64,000 bases of DNA from Owenia fusiformis. Taxonomy: Eukaryota. Below the pieces are notes generated by a model. The model did no database searches. It was not told the DNA's origin and was given only the letters and a program-made list of their open reading frames with translations. The first letter of the stretch is position 1, and the number at the start of each line of letters is the position of its first letter. The stretch covers positions 4,526,001 through 4,590,000 of the forward strand of contig CAIIXF020000001.1 in the NCBI GenBank assembly GCA_903813345.2. The letters are read 5' to 3'. Below, in pieces: positions 1 through 12,023 of this stretch. Both the position numbers and the translations under genes were made by a program.

Positions 1-1990
1 CTCACGAGCTTATGTTGCTATAAAATGTCGAAAAAGGGAAATTCAGAGAATATTTCTTCTGCAACGTGTGTATGCGCAAACACCAGTGCGCAGCTTCCGG
101 TTCTGTAAAATTGGTATATTGTCAGCTCTACCTTCCAATAACTAGAAATAGGTCCTTCCGTGGGAGATAAGAGCCCGAAACAGGAGTGTGTGTACCATGG
201 ATTTATTCAGTTACATACTCCCCTGCACTATTATTACCCACCAAAGGGCAGGCGGGGGACACTCATATTAACCCCCATAATGAACTTGACATTTCAAACG
301 TGGGGTTTGGGCTGATATAAAGATGGCAGCAGCAGTAGAAAAAGTAAAGATACACAGATTTATTTTTCTAATACCATTTAGCCTGTGGATACAAAAATAT
401 GACAGTGACCTAAAAGCAATCAATTCATGACCCAGATACTTAATAATCACGACCTGCTAATTGACACAGACCTACAAATGTGATCAAGGTTAATGGTATA
501 TTTGTTCAACAAAAGTGGAATCAACACAAATATGAATGATTGCATATTTTATTTGATAAATTATATCAGTACAGTGTATATATATTTTAAATAATACAAT
601 ATTTTATAATCAAAAAATATATAATGATTACTTGCATTACTAATTCAAATTAAATTAAAATTTGATTTTTTCCAGATCCCTTCTGAGCAAAACACCTTGA
701 TGTCTACAAAATGTAACAAGCTGAAAGATTTTTTTATTAAAAATCAATACGCATCAGTGTGCAGCCAATCACTTAATGCATCACTTCTGGTGATATAGTC
801 TCCTGATAAGAGCATAAAAGGAAGATGGTCTTACTAATTATTGATGGGTTGAAATGCTTCCTAAGTCAATTTGAAATTCAAAAGTTGAAAGTTACAAAAT
901 AATTTCAATGATCTGCTATATGCTCAAGCTAAATACATCTATTCAATTATGACCAAGGATTCAACAATAATATTGGCAGAAAAATATACAGTTTTTACTT
1001 TTTATGTACAAAAACTCAAAAACATGAGTTTCCCTGAAATTCAATGTACATTTTTCATTGAAATAACGCCCATGGACGAAATAACTGAGGGATGAAAATC
1101 TGGTGACAAAACTGATACATCTGCATGAAGCCTACATTTGCACTACAAGAAGACAGACGTAGACGATTCAACTCGATTACATTACATTAGGTAATTATTA
1201 GGTTTCTATACTGATAAATATTTGTCTCACAAAAGAAAGATACCATTTAATGATATTAACAGTTGAAAATGAAGCCTTGATGTTTTTCACTCTAATATAG
1301 ATATACAATATATACAGGAACTTTGTAATGTATATATTTCATACAATAGGCTAATCAATAAAATTTTGTCTGCAAAAACTAGATACCTTTAAAAAAGACA
1401 TGAAACAGATAGTACAGAGAAACTTGTGATTTTAAAAGTATGATATTTAAATTCATACATATATGTATGTATGGTTGTCAATATGTTCATCATAAAATCA
1501 CCATGACAATCAAACTGTATTACTAAAATATTAAAAAATAAATTAGGCAAAAAACCAATTTGGACGGATTGAAAATATGCATATATTTGCATGCAAAATG
1601 AGATCTCAGATTCAAAACACTATGGAAGTTTTTTTCCAATTTACATTTTACACAAAGTACAGATGTTAACAAGAACAAGGCACATATGGTCCATGATACC
1701 AGTACCAGTAATATAATTGTCTTTGTATTATTGTATACCATATTTTTTCCATGACTATTTCTAAGTACATGTACACTGTTCAGTATATGTAGAAGCACTA
1801 CTAACATTCTCAATATATCCACAAAGTATAGTTAGCACTCAGTCTTCCTATATGTATAATCTCAGTTCTTTTCATACTGGCATGACGAGTAGAATTAAAT
1901 CTCTTTTACATAGTGGTGTCACTATACCACGATCATAACTATTTGGAGAGAAATCGCTGCCATGATAACTGTTACCACGGTGATTTGCTG

Positions 1991-4900
1991 TTAGTTGTAA
2001 TCAAGGTGGCGGGGACTCGCTGCTGTGCGTGACATGGTATGTGATAGACTTCTCATACTGTCTGCTAGTTTTTCAAACTCTTCCCATTTTCTACTGTGCA
2101 TTTCAGTTTCAGTTTCTTTCATTTTCTCTATGCTACCAACTTTATTCTCAAGTGTGAATATGTGGTTCCTTAGTCGTAAAATCTCTTGTTCCTTGTCTTG
2201 TACCTGCAATTTAAGTATAGAACTTACAATTTTAAGTTTTAGAACTATTGATTGAACTATCCCTATCAATTTACAAATCAAGGAACCCATTTACATTTTC
2301 CTTGAATTCTTGTGGCTTGCTCCACTGAATGAGATATTTGTGGAACTTGAAGAATAAATTAGAAATTTACAGATTTGTATATAACTTTTTAATTTAGTTG
2401 AGCTTTAGGTTTTGTTTTATTATCAATCAGTCATTTCATTTCATTATACTGCAAAATTTCAAATGAAGTGGACCCCTAAGGTATGATTATTCAGCTTAAA
2501 CTTATATTTCTTTAAAGCTTTAAATATCTTCAATAGATATTTTTATACCAACAAACAAAAGAGACCCCTAGTCCCTTTGTACAATTTCCCACCTGTTTTG
2601 TGAGCTCAGAGACATGGTCTACAAGGAGCATCTTATCTCTACGCAGTGAAGTGTTCTCACTCTCTGTCACTGAGTGTACGCCTTGCACCTCTGCTAGCCG
2701 TGACTGTGTACTGGACTGATTAAGTTGGATGCTACTGTTCAGTGACTCAGCCTTGGATAGCTGAAACAGGAATGTGACTTGTAAACAACTTATGCACAAC
2801 ACATGATAACTTGACATAACATGTCGGTTTCCCAGAGAAACATCTATTAAGTATCAGCTGAAAAGCACAGCCTGGTCCCCATTAGCCCAACACATAAATG
2901 TTTTTCCCTGACTTGTTCATGACGTGGCAGCCCTGTACAAAGTGTACATGTACTATCAAACTGATACCTAATGTAATGGACTAGATACAAGGAGAAATTA
3001 TCTGATTTTTAATATTCAATATTTAGTAGGGATGGGACGGTTCGTTTCTGTTCGGTTCGGTTTTTCGGATCATCAGCCGTCGGTTCGTTTTTTTGGTTCG
3101 GTTCATTCATTTTAAGGATTTGTATTGATTGACATGATTAGCTGCTTTGTCTCTGACTTCACTGCTGACTATTCACAATATTTTATAGATGGAATTTTAT
3201 GTTATAGTATTTCATGAACAATACATATTATTTAGAATACACGACTAAAGAATATAGTACCAGGGACCACATGATTGATTACCGAGGGATACGAATACGC
3301 GGATACGAAACAAATCTAGTAAACGAGTGAGCTAGCAACAGACAAGACAGACAAGGTAGGGACTAGGAATATCAAAAATGTTGCTGTAAAACAGTGTTTT
3401 TAACTGTTTTATTGATACTTGACCAATGAAATATTAATCCGAAAAGGATCCGAAAAGCTGATCCGAAAGTAGGGCTGTGATCCGAAAACCGATCCGAAGG
3501 CTATGAACCGCGGTTTTTCGGTATTTCGGTTATCCGTCCCACCCCTAATATTTAGTCAAAGTGGTGTAATTTTTGAAATCTTGACACATAAAATCATATC
3601 TAGAAATGTGGTTTTCAAAATCATTTATATCTACTTCGAAAAGTGAATTATCGTTTCTTTTCTTGTACTGGCCAGATAATGTTTTCTTTTACTGGACATA
3701 TTTTCAAATGTATAACTATCAGATACATACGGATAGTTATGAAAAGTGACCTAATAAAATTAGTGAATATTAAACTTTAGAGGAACTTTTCCCTATATCT
3801 GCCACCTAATCTGACCTAAATTAACTACATGATGGTGAAACTGGAAACTTACTACTGGCAGCTTGGTAAATGAACTAGAACTAACCTGTTCCATAAGGCT
3901 CCTGCATCTGTCTTGCTCTGATTGTAGTAAAGCTTTGGTCTGGTTCACCTCAAACTGAATTTGTTTTATCTTCTCATTGGCGTGTACTAATTCTGTGATA
4001 TTCTGTGATTTTCGCACATCTATGTTTTCTCGTAAACTTCTTTCCTAAAATCAAATAAGATACAATTTAGATTATCTTCCCTATATGTGAACTGAAATCT
4101 ATTTCATAACTTAATCATGCTATAGTGTCAGGTCATATACAGTACTTCACATGAACATAAAGTGCTTTAAAATTTGAATAAATTGAGTGTTTGATTTTGT
4201 AACAATTCTGTGCAATTTGTGTTAAGGACATGCCAAAACACTGACAGTCCTCTCATGGACACATACCCTCTCTACTTGGTTCCTGAGCTCAATGACCTGC
4301 TGGTTGAGTAACGAGTTCTCAGATACAAGATGGGAGCTGTCATCTGAGAGTTTTGTGCGGAGGTATCGATCTTGATCTGCCTTCATCTCAGTCTCTTTAA
4401 GTTTCTGTCTTAGCATCTGGACTTCCTCCTAATCATTTAAACAAAACTTAATGTCAACATACATTGATATATCATATATTTTTTTTTTAATCACATTGTT
4501 CAATGTTTTCCGCTGTTCGGCTTTTTATAAAACAACTTTGAAATCACAATACTACTATGACATAGCACTGTATTGTTTCTTACCCTAAGATCATTGACTG
4601 TCTTGTCATGCAATATAACATTGCTGCTGTAATATTTCTCCTCTAGTTCTCGTAGATTAGATTCTGTTCTCAACATGTCTGACCTCTTCTCCTCAAGAGC
4701 AAGCTGAGTTAACTTGTGCTGTTCAATCCTTTGGTCCAACTGAAAATATAATAATATCGTCGTGGTGAATAATGGAATATGTATTTATTACAAATACAAG
4801 AAATCGATTGAAATACATATGCTAGACTGTATATCGATAACTAAAAATGTTAAACCAATAATCATATATTTAGAAAAATAGCCTATTAAAATGCTCAAAC

Positions 4901-7900
4901 ATAATGCATTGTTGTAGTATTCTAATCATACAACTGGAAAGACTTCACAAGTTTAACTGGTACACTCTTTGCGAAACTGCTAAAGTTAACCTAAAATCAT
5001 GCAATAATTTGCTCCAATGGTACTTTTTTCACTATGCCATGTATTTTTCATTTATATAGAAAATGGTCAAATAAAAGTGGACAAGTCGTTTTTGAGACCA
5101 AGGTTTAAGTTTTATTTACAAAATTGTATTTAGTGGCAAATTGATTAACTTTTGATGTGTCATTTTACAATAGTGCCATGTTGTTCTGAAGTTAAAATCA
5201 GATTTGCCGTGGAAACAATGTATGTGCTGACGTTATATCCCTCAAAACATGAAATTTGGGATTTTTTTGGCCTTCATAAGTTGACCAGATACTGTGCATC
5301 CAATCGTAAAAGCACCAGCCTTGCTGTATACAAAGAATAACTTGATCAAACCTACCTGGCTTCTAAGAATTGAGATCTTGTGTTCTGCATTCCTCAAGGC
5401 TTGGGCAGATTTATCCATCTCACTACGAGCCTCTATCATCTGAGTATCTTTCCTTGAGTGTTCCGTCTCTAACATGGTCTTCTCCTTCTTCAGATTCACT
5501 AAATCTTCCATTAAGAGTCTTTTTTCACGGTTGTGTGCATCTATAATGGAATAGTTAAAAGAGTCAGCAACACCGTATATTCAACACCTAGCTTAGATCA
5601 TTCATTTGAAAAATAGGGGGGATTGTTTAAGCTGATATTTGATTGAAAAATCTTATGTACTTCATTTCTATTTACCAATCCAACATATTGTCAAAGTGCA
5701 GACAGTGACTACTGCAGTATTTGTTGCAAAGCTATCTCGGTGGGAATAACATAATTAGTGCTTAATGTATAATATTCAAAACCATACAGTAAAATTTGTA
5801 AAATGAAACACCTCTTTAGTAGAACACATCTGTAAGTGGAACACTTAAGTGAACACTGAAAGTGTTCAACACTACAGGTTTTACTGTATATTAGTTAAAG
5901 TACCTTCCTCTTCCCTGAGACGGTCAAGAGCACGACTCTTTTCAGTAGAGATTGAGTTAAGATTAGAATCCTTCCTTGCAACCTCAAGATGGAGACCATC
6001 GACCTGGGCCTGCATTTGCTACAAAGATATCAACGTATCATCAATAATTATGAATATGGCATGTTTGAGTGCATCGATATAAATGTATTAATGCAAATGT
6101 ATTCACTTGTGAATATCTGACCTAGATTCTAAAGCAAAAATCCATGGGAAAGTGGTTTAAACCAATGGAAATGAAAGTATGAAATCATCAATTTTCATCT
6201 GCACTAATAACATGTTTTTTTCTATATGTATTTTTTTCTAGCAGGAATGCAAATGAACTTTGTACATATACTGGTACATGCTCAACTTACTCTTAGTTTG
6301 CCAAGCATTCTCTCAGCTTCAGCAGACATCTGTGGATGCATATCTGTTGCCTTGCGAGCCTGCTCACGCGTACACATAGTTAAGGAGAAATTATACTTCC
6401 AAGTACTATAGTATCACATGATAAGGTCGCTTCGAAATGTTTAACACTGACTTCTGACTTTTTTTATCATAATATATCTAAATAATTTTTATATTAGTAA
6501 AACAAATTTAGTAATGGATTTATTTAATCTTATTTAGAAGCAGAATGCATAATACAAAATCAAATGGGTTAAACATAACATGCAGTAGGCATGTCAGTAA
6601 ACTTTTTTTGTGAACAGCCAAAACCCATGCACTAATTATACATATAAATCAAGCAAACATGTGGGATGTGGCCGATTCCAATGCTGAGAATAGAGGATAT
6701 AGATGGTTGGCCTCTAGCTCCAGGAAGTAGACCTGCTGTTGTAAGTTCTTGATGTACTCACTCTCCACATCTTTACTGATATCACCCATGCTGTAAGCAA
6801 ACATTGGAACATACAACCGCTAAGCATAAACTAGATAATATGGAGGTAAAGGAACATGTTTTTGAGAGAACCTTTGATATATTAACACACTGCGTCAAAT
6901 TGTAATAATATGTTTTGTAAATAATTTGAATGGAACAATAAGCAATAAAAATATAAGAAATATGTATTATGACCCCAGGGATTACTGCCCCGTTCTTGTT
7001 ATTTTTCCAGGGGGAACTGATTATAACTATTTTTATAATCAATCGGGTAAGTTTATAGTGGGAATGAGATAAATAGTCTCCAAATGATCATAGTTCTACA
7101 ATTTCATGTACAAGTTCTCTTTAAAACGTGTAACTTAAATTCTCTAATATGATATTATAAATGAACTGGTTGGTATGTCTCATAGCATACAACTCCTATG
7201 CTTTAATAAGTTGTTTAAGGGACCATTAGTCAATATTTCTCTTTTCTCTCAAAATATTATTAGCAAAATTTTCAGAGTGACCACCTCCCTCTCCCAAAAT
7301 ACAATTGAACATTTATTGAGTTTTTTCCAATGAAGAGTTGATTCATGTATGTTGAAATCTAATATCTTTTTTTAGCCTTTTCCCAAAATGGAATTAATTT
7401 ATTTTATGGGTGTAGATTGAGCACATATTGACATTGTCCCTAGCCAAGATCTCATTATAACATGCAATTAAAGAAACTGATTTTTCTACTTATCATTCTA
7501 ACATGAGAATGACCTTGGAATCAGGAAAGATTAGCACCCAGTAACCATTTATCATGCTTTTCAGTATAAGAACAGTTTCTCTAAGTTCTAAACAATAACA
7601 TAATGATGAAAATAAACAAAATAGTTCTCATACATTAAAAAATAAAATATGAAAATGTTATAAACATTAAAACCATAACCCATGCTTATACTACAGTATA
7701 TCTATAATCTCAGTGTTCTCCCTATGATTTCCTTCTCAACTGGATGCAAATCTTCTATTTTGCCCTTTCTGACTAAGAAATGTCTAGGATTCCAGTTTTG
7801 AAATTAGATTACTGAATATTTTTTTACACGAATTTTCATTAAGATTTTAACTGCAAGAATACTTAAAAATAAATCTTGCAGCAGGTTCAATGCTGGGGAG

Positions 7901-10900
7901 ATCACTGAGCTTTCATATACTTACAGTACTGTGAAAAGTGAGGGTTACTTATTCAAGGATATAAATATTTGGTCTCAAGTTCAAGGTAGTAAACCTGTTG
8001 TTGAAGGTTTCTGATGTAGTCAGCAGTCACTTTATCAAGGGACTGATCATTTATGCTGGATGGGGACTTGAGCCTAACACGAAAAGTTTAACATAGAAAA
8101 TAATCCATCATCAAAGAATTTTTAAATGAATATTGTAAATGAACTATCATTATGAATACTACCAATATTCATGTCAGTTGTCAAGGGAAATGTGCTTTGT
8201 AGTGTAGGTTTAGGAGTCACAAAACATAGGTGTTTTAGTATGTAAAGACACTTAATATATACTGTTGTTTACAACCAAATATTTTTGGCTTTAGTTCCCC
8301 AAAGATTCAATGAATCACGTCTCACCTGCCAAAGCTTGCTGCCAGGTTACCAGATTTCCTCAGATTCCCACTGCTGCCACTTCTCCTCAAAGACTGAGAG
8401 CCACTTAGATTGTAGCTGTCTGTAACGTAAATAAAATGACACTTATCAAAGTGGACCAATTAAAGTGAGAAGGGTGGAACAATGTTGATACATACCATAT
8501 ATGAATTTGTAAATTACATTAGTGTGACTATATATGAAAGTTTTTTGTTGCCCAAGTCACTACACTCAACCAACATACGCCTTTAACTTTTTTAAACTGC
8601 TATCATGTTTTGTGTGTATTTCTCTAAAAGATCAAGAATTAATTTAGACCTACAGTACACTGTATTTCTGTCAGAGGAATTGCCAAAGATGACTTATAGG
8701 ATGAGCCAGCAAACGTGAAGTACCTGAGGTACTGTACATGTATGGACTTGCTAATATACATATATCAGTGTTTTCAGTAGGTTCGTCCAAGATTGTGTCC
8801 CTGGGACGTAATGATTTTCAAAAAATGCGTCTTCCCTCATAAACTGCGTCCCTTGAAAAAATGCTCCCGGGAATTCAAAGTCACGTTTTTACACTAATCG
8901 AAATAAAATTGATGAAATTTTGTATCGATTTTGCTATTTATCTGTCTAAATCAGTGTCCTGGCGAGTCTAGTACGTCATTGAATGATACAGATACCATCA
9001 CTTTTGAGGTATAACTTATATTCAACCATTAGAAACACATTTTCTTTGCTTTAGTTTAGGGGCAATCTGCGCGAGGTTCAATTTTTTGGTTCAGTTTCTT
9101 GCGCATGCGCATTCTTAAATAATGATCTTGTGATTGCACTTGACCAATAGAAAATGGATTAAATCTGGTCCTCAGTTAACTATTTGACCTATCACATTCA
9201 CGAAATAAAGAGACTGAAGGTAAGTGGATTCACGAAGTGATTTACGAAATTCAAATTGCGTTCCAAAAACGTAATTATTTTTTTAATTTACGTCCACCCA
9301 ATCTTGATTTACGTCCTCTCCATTGAAGGACGCCGTTAATGAAACCTCTGATATATGTACTGATTACAGTATCTACAGTATAGCAGTATATGTACATCTT
9401 GCTGCTTTACTTATAATGATCAGTGTTTTTACATGTATTGTCATGTAGTCTTTAAAGTAGGCTTTGTGAGTTTGTGTACTGTAAAAAACTGGGTGACCGA
9501 CTGAGTACCTAACATTTCTACCAGGGTTCGGGAATTAGAGTTTTCCATTTTATGCCTCAGTAATGCCCAACTGACCTCCAACTCAACGTACCAGGCATAC
9601 AACCAATCAAGCAAACAACCAACAAAGCAACCAACTAATCTAACCAACTGACAAAACAAACATCGATATTCTGTCAATCACACAGGTAATAAATCTAACG
9701 TTGTATTGTACATCGTACATTAATTGACAGATAAAAATGCCAATGATGTTTCATTTTATGCATCCCTAATATGAAACCATTTTTTCTGATATTGATAAAG
9801 TGGCTCATTATTTTAAAAAGTGCTCTTACAGGTTCTTGGTAAAATGATAACGTTTATCTTTAGATATCGAACGGTAGTCTAAACTTGGGAGGCTACATGT
9901 ATGTCTATTTAGTAGGACCTACTCGACAGGTCAATTAGTGACTATATTAGGGGAGAATGTGCAACTTTGAAAGTTGGTAACCCTGCTAGGAACGCTAGGT
10001 ACCCGGTGACCTGGCTACCCGGTTACCCAGTTGCCCAGATTTTTACACAAACAAGTAGTAAAATATGTTATTTAATATTAGGTTTAGGTAGCATGAAGAG
10101 AGGCAAGCGTTATTAGTTAGGCCTATTACAATAATCATTGGACCACTGTCACCTGATTAGTACAACACGGTAAGCTGAAAGTGCATGTACACTGTACATA
10201 TACATATATGTTCAACTGTGCATATAGATGTACATACACTTCATGCATTGCAGTAAGGGCTTTCTAATATAACTTGGAAACCCTTTGATTGTGCATAACA
10301 TCTCTAATACCAGCAATTACCAATGATTATTAAAATGCATAGAGTAGATTCGAAGGATGTAGTAACACATACTACTACATGCATTACAAGCCAGCTGAGC
10401 AAATGGCTAGGATTTAATTAGATAGAAAGCATTTTGTAGATGATGCAGGCGCCAATTGTGCAACACTTTAAGGTCTCATGGAAGTTAACAGGAAATGACA
10501 AAACAAAAAATGACAAAGCCATGCTGGATTTTGAAAATTTTTGAACCAAGATAACAGAGTTCTGTTTGGACCTCCAGTCAGTTTAACTAGTTCCACATAT
10601 CATTTACATGACCGGGAACACAATTGAAATGGTCAGAATGACCATAAACATGATAAAATAACCTTTTCAGCCCTCTGAAAATGTGACTGAAAAATAGCTA
10701 AAAGTAGGTGCTCAGGAAAGGTCAATCAACAGAATCTTTTGATTTTTTCAGAAAATGTGTCCAATATATTGCTCTAAATGACACAATCTTTGAAATTTAA
10801 AAAAATTGTCTGAAACAATAATGGCTGTTGTAAAAAGGAAAATAGATCGATTTTCAATTCAGTTTTTTTAAATTTTTTCTTTTTCTAAGAATGATATCAA

Positions 10901-11405
10901 ATTTGTTTAAATTGTATCATTTAGAGCAATATATTGGGCACATTTTCTGAAAAAGTCAAAAGATTCTGTTCAGTGACCTTTCCTGAGCACAGACTCTTAG
11001 CTATTTTTTAGTCACATTTTCAGAGGGCTGAAAAGGTTATTCTATCATGTTTATGGTCATTCTGACCATTTCAATTGTGTTCCCGGTCATGTAAATGATA
11101 TGTGGAACTAGTTAAACTGACTGGAGGTCCAAACAGAACTCTGTTATCTTGGTTCAAAAAATTTTCAAAATCCAGCATGGCTTTGTCATTTTTTGTTTTG
11201 TCATTTCCTGTTAACTTCCATGAGACCTTAAGCTAACCAACATACCATGCAACCCTAACTAGCTACGAAACATTCACCAACCTCTTGCAGGTGAGTTTGC
11301 AGACATTCTGGGGGACCTCAGTGATTCTTTCCAATTCAAAACAGTTGTGGATTGATCACCAAGTGGCATTGAAATTTCTCTGGAGCGTGACCTGCTTCTA
11401 CTCAT
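1991..11405 (-). CDS. Multi-exon coiled-coil protein gene (521 aa with exon 3a, 514 aa with exon 3b), family not recognised
   Basis: Phase-consistent exon chain: 11282-11405 (MSRSRSRSREISMPLG), 8326-8419, [7963-8073 or 6701-6790], 6291-6369, 5904-6018, 5356-5540, 4584-4739, 4267-4428, 3886-4044, 2593-2760, 1991-2203 (TAA). Product is E/K/Q/L-rich and heptad-like. The intron after exon 3 is AT-AC. Confidence 0.85.
3027..3547. mobile_element. hAT-like MITE
   Basis: TIRs TAGGGATGGGACGG / CCGTCCCACCCCTA; perfect 8-bp TSD ATATTTAG (3019-3026, 3548-3555); subterminal short repeats. Confidence 0.85.
5787..5888. mobile_element. Short Tc1/pogo-like MITE family (related copies ~26287-26465, ~29029-29265, partial ~40880-40982)
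   Basis: TA-CAGTAAAA...GGTTTTACTG-TA ends with internal (t/g)gaacac repeats, recurring in the window. Confidence 0.6.
6370..6386 (-). promoter_or_regulatory. U12-type branch point and AC 3' splice site
   Basis: Minus strand reads TCCTTAAC-tatgtgt-AC|GCGTGAGCAG: consensus U12 branch site about 10 nt before an AC acceptor. The join gives in-frame L-REQARKATDMHP. Confidence 0.9.
6701..6790 (-). CDS. Alternative exon 3b of coiled-coil gene (AG acceptor, U12 ATATCCTC donor)
   Basis: tttgcttacag| MGDISKDVESEYIKNLQQQVYFLELEANH |ATATCCTC; 90 nt, phase 2 at both ends; paralogous to exon 3a. Confidence 0.85.
7711..7907. mobile_element. Small TIR element remnant
   Basis: CAGTGTTCTCCC / GGGAGATCACTG inverted termini (11/12 match); no clear TSD. 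Confidence 0.45.
7963..8073 (-). CDS. Alternative exon 3a of coiled-coil gene (AG acceptor, U12 ATATCCTT donor)
   Basis: ttttcgtgttag| LKSPSSINDQSLDKVTADYIRNLQQQVYYLELETKY |ATATCCTT; 111 nt, phase 2 at both ends. Confidence 0.85.
10472..11227. mobile_element. Foldback element with ~320-bp near-perfect inverted arms, TTAA-flanked (Kolobok/piggyBac-type target)
   Basis: TTAA|GGTCTCATGGAAGTTAACAGG...CCTGTTAACTTCCATGAGACC|TTAA; arms about 10472-10790 and 10910-11227. Confidence 0.85.
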
Positions 11406-12023
11406 GCTTGTTATTCAATATTATCAAGATGTGTATTCAGTTGAGGTAGCTAGCTCAAAAATCGACGTGTTAGAAAGTAATTTCAGGATTCACACAGATA
11501 ATTCCAAGCTTGGTCTTAGGCTTTGGATATAGTCTAAGTTTAGAGCTAGAGTAGAATTTGGATGCAGGCTAAAAATTTAGCAAAAAACAAAAAGTTATTT
11601 TCAGGAACGTGGCAACGGTTTGTGGGCATATCAAAGTATCAAATCTAATGCCAGGTGATTCAAAATAGATTACGAACCTCCAAATGACTTCTGAGAAGAC
11701 TTTTTCCCAGATGTTTTCCCAAATGTCGATGAAATTCTGGACATATTGTGGAAAATGTCTCACTTTTTAAGAGGACGCGTAGAGATAGGCAACCAAAAAA
11801 CTAAATCTCGAATGCAAAACAAGTGCACGAGAACCTGCGAGAGTTGAATTAAATACCAATTTTCGCCTTATTTACAAATATATGTTTCATCAAAATTTCC
11901 TGAGTGTATCTGTGTATATTGATGATTGTTCAAAAGTCTCTAAGATTATTGAATCACGTCCAGTATCATTAAAATACCCAAGGTTATGAACAGCGCATAT
12001 GACCTTGACCTACAAAATCCAAG
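11406..12023. promoter_or_regulatory. Bidirectional promoter region between coiled-coil gene and VPS11
   Basis: Divergent ATGs at 11405(-) and 12024(+); contains GGCAAC (RFX half-site-like) motifs, TGACCTTGACCT, and CAAGATGGC at the VPS11 start. Confidence 0.6.
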
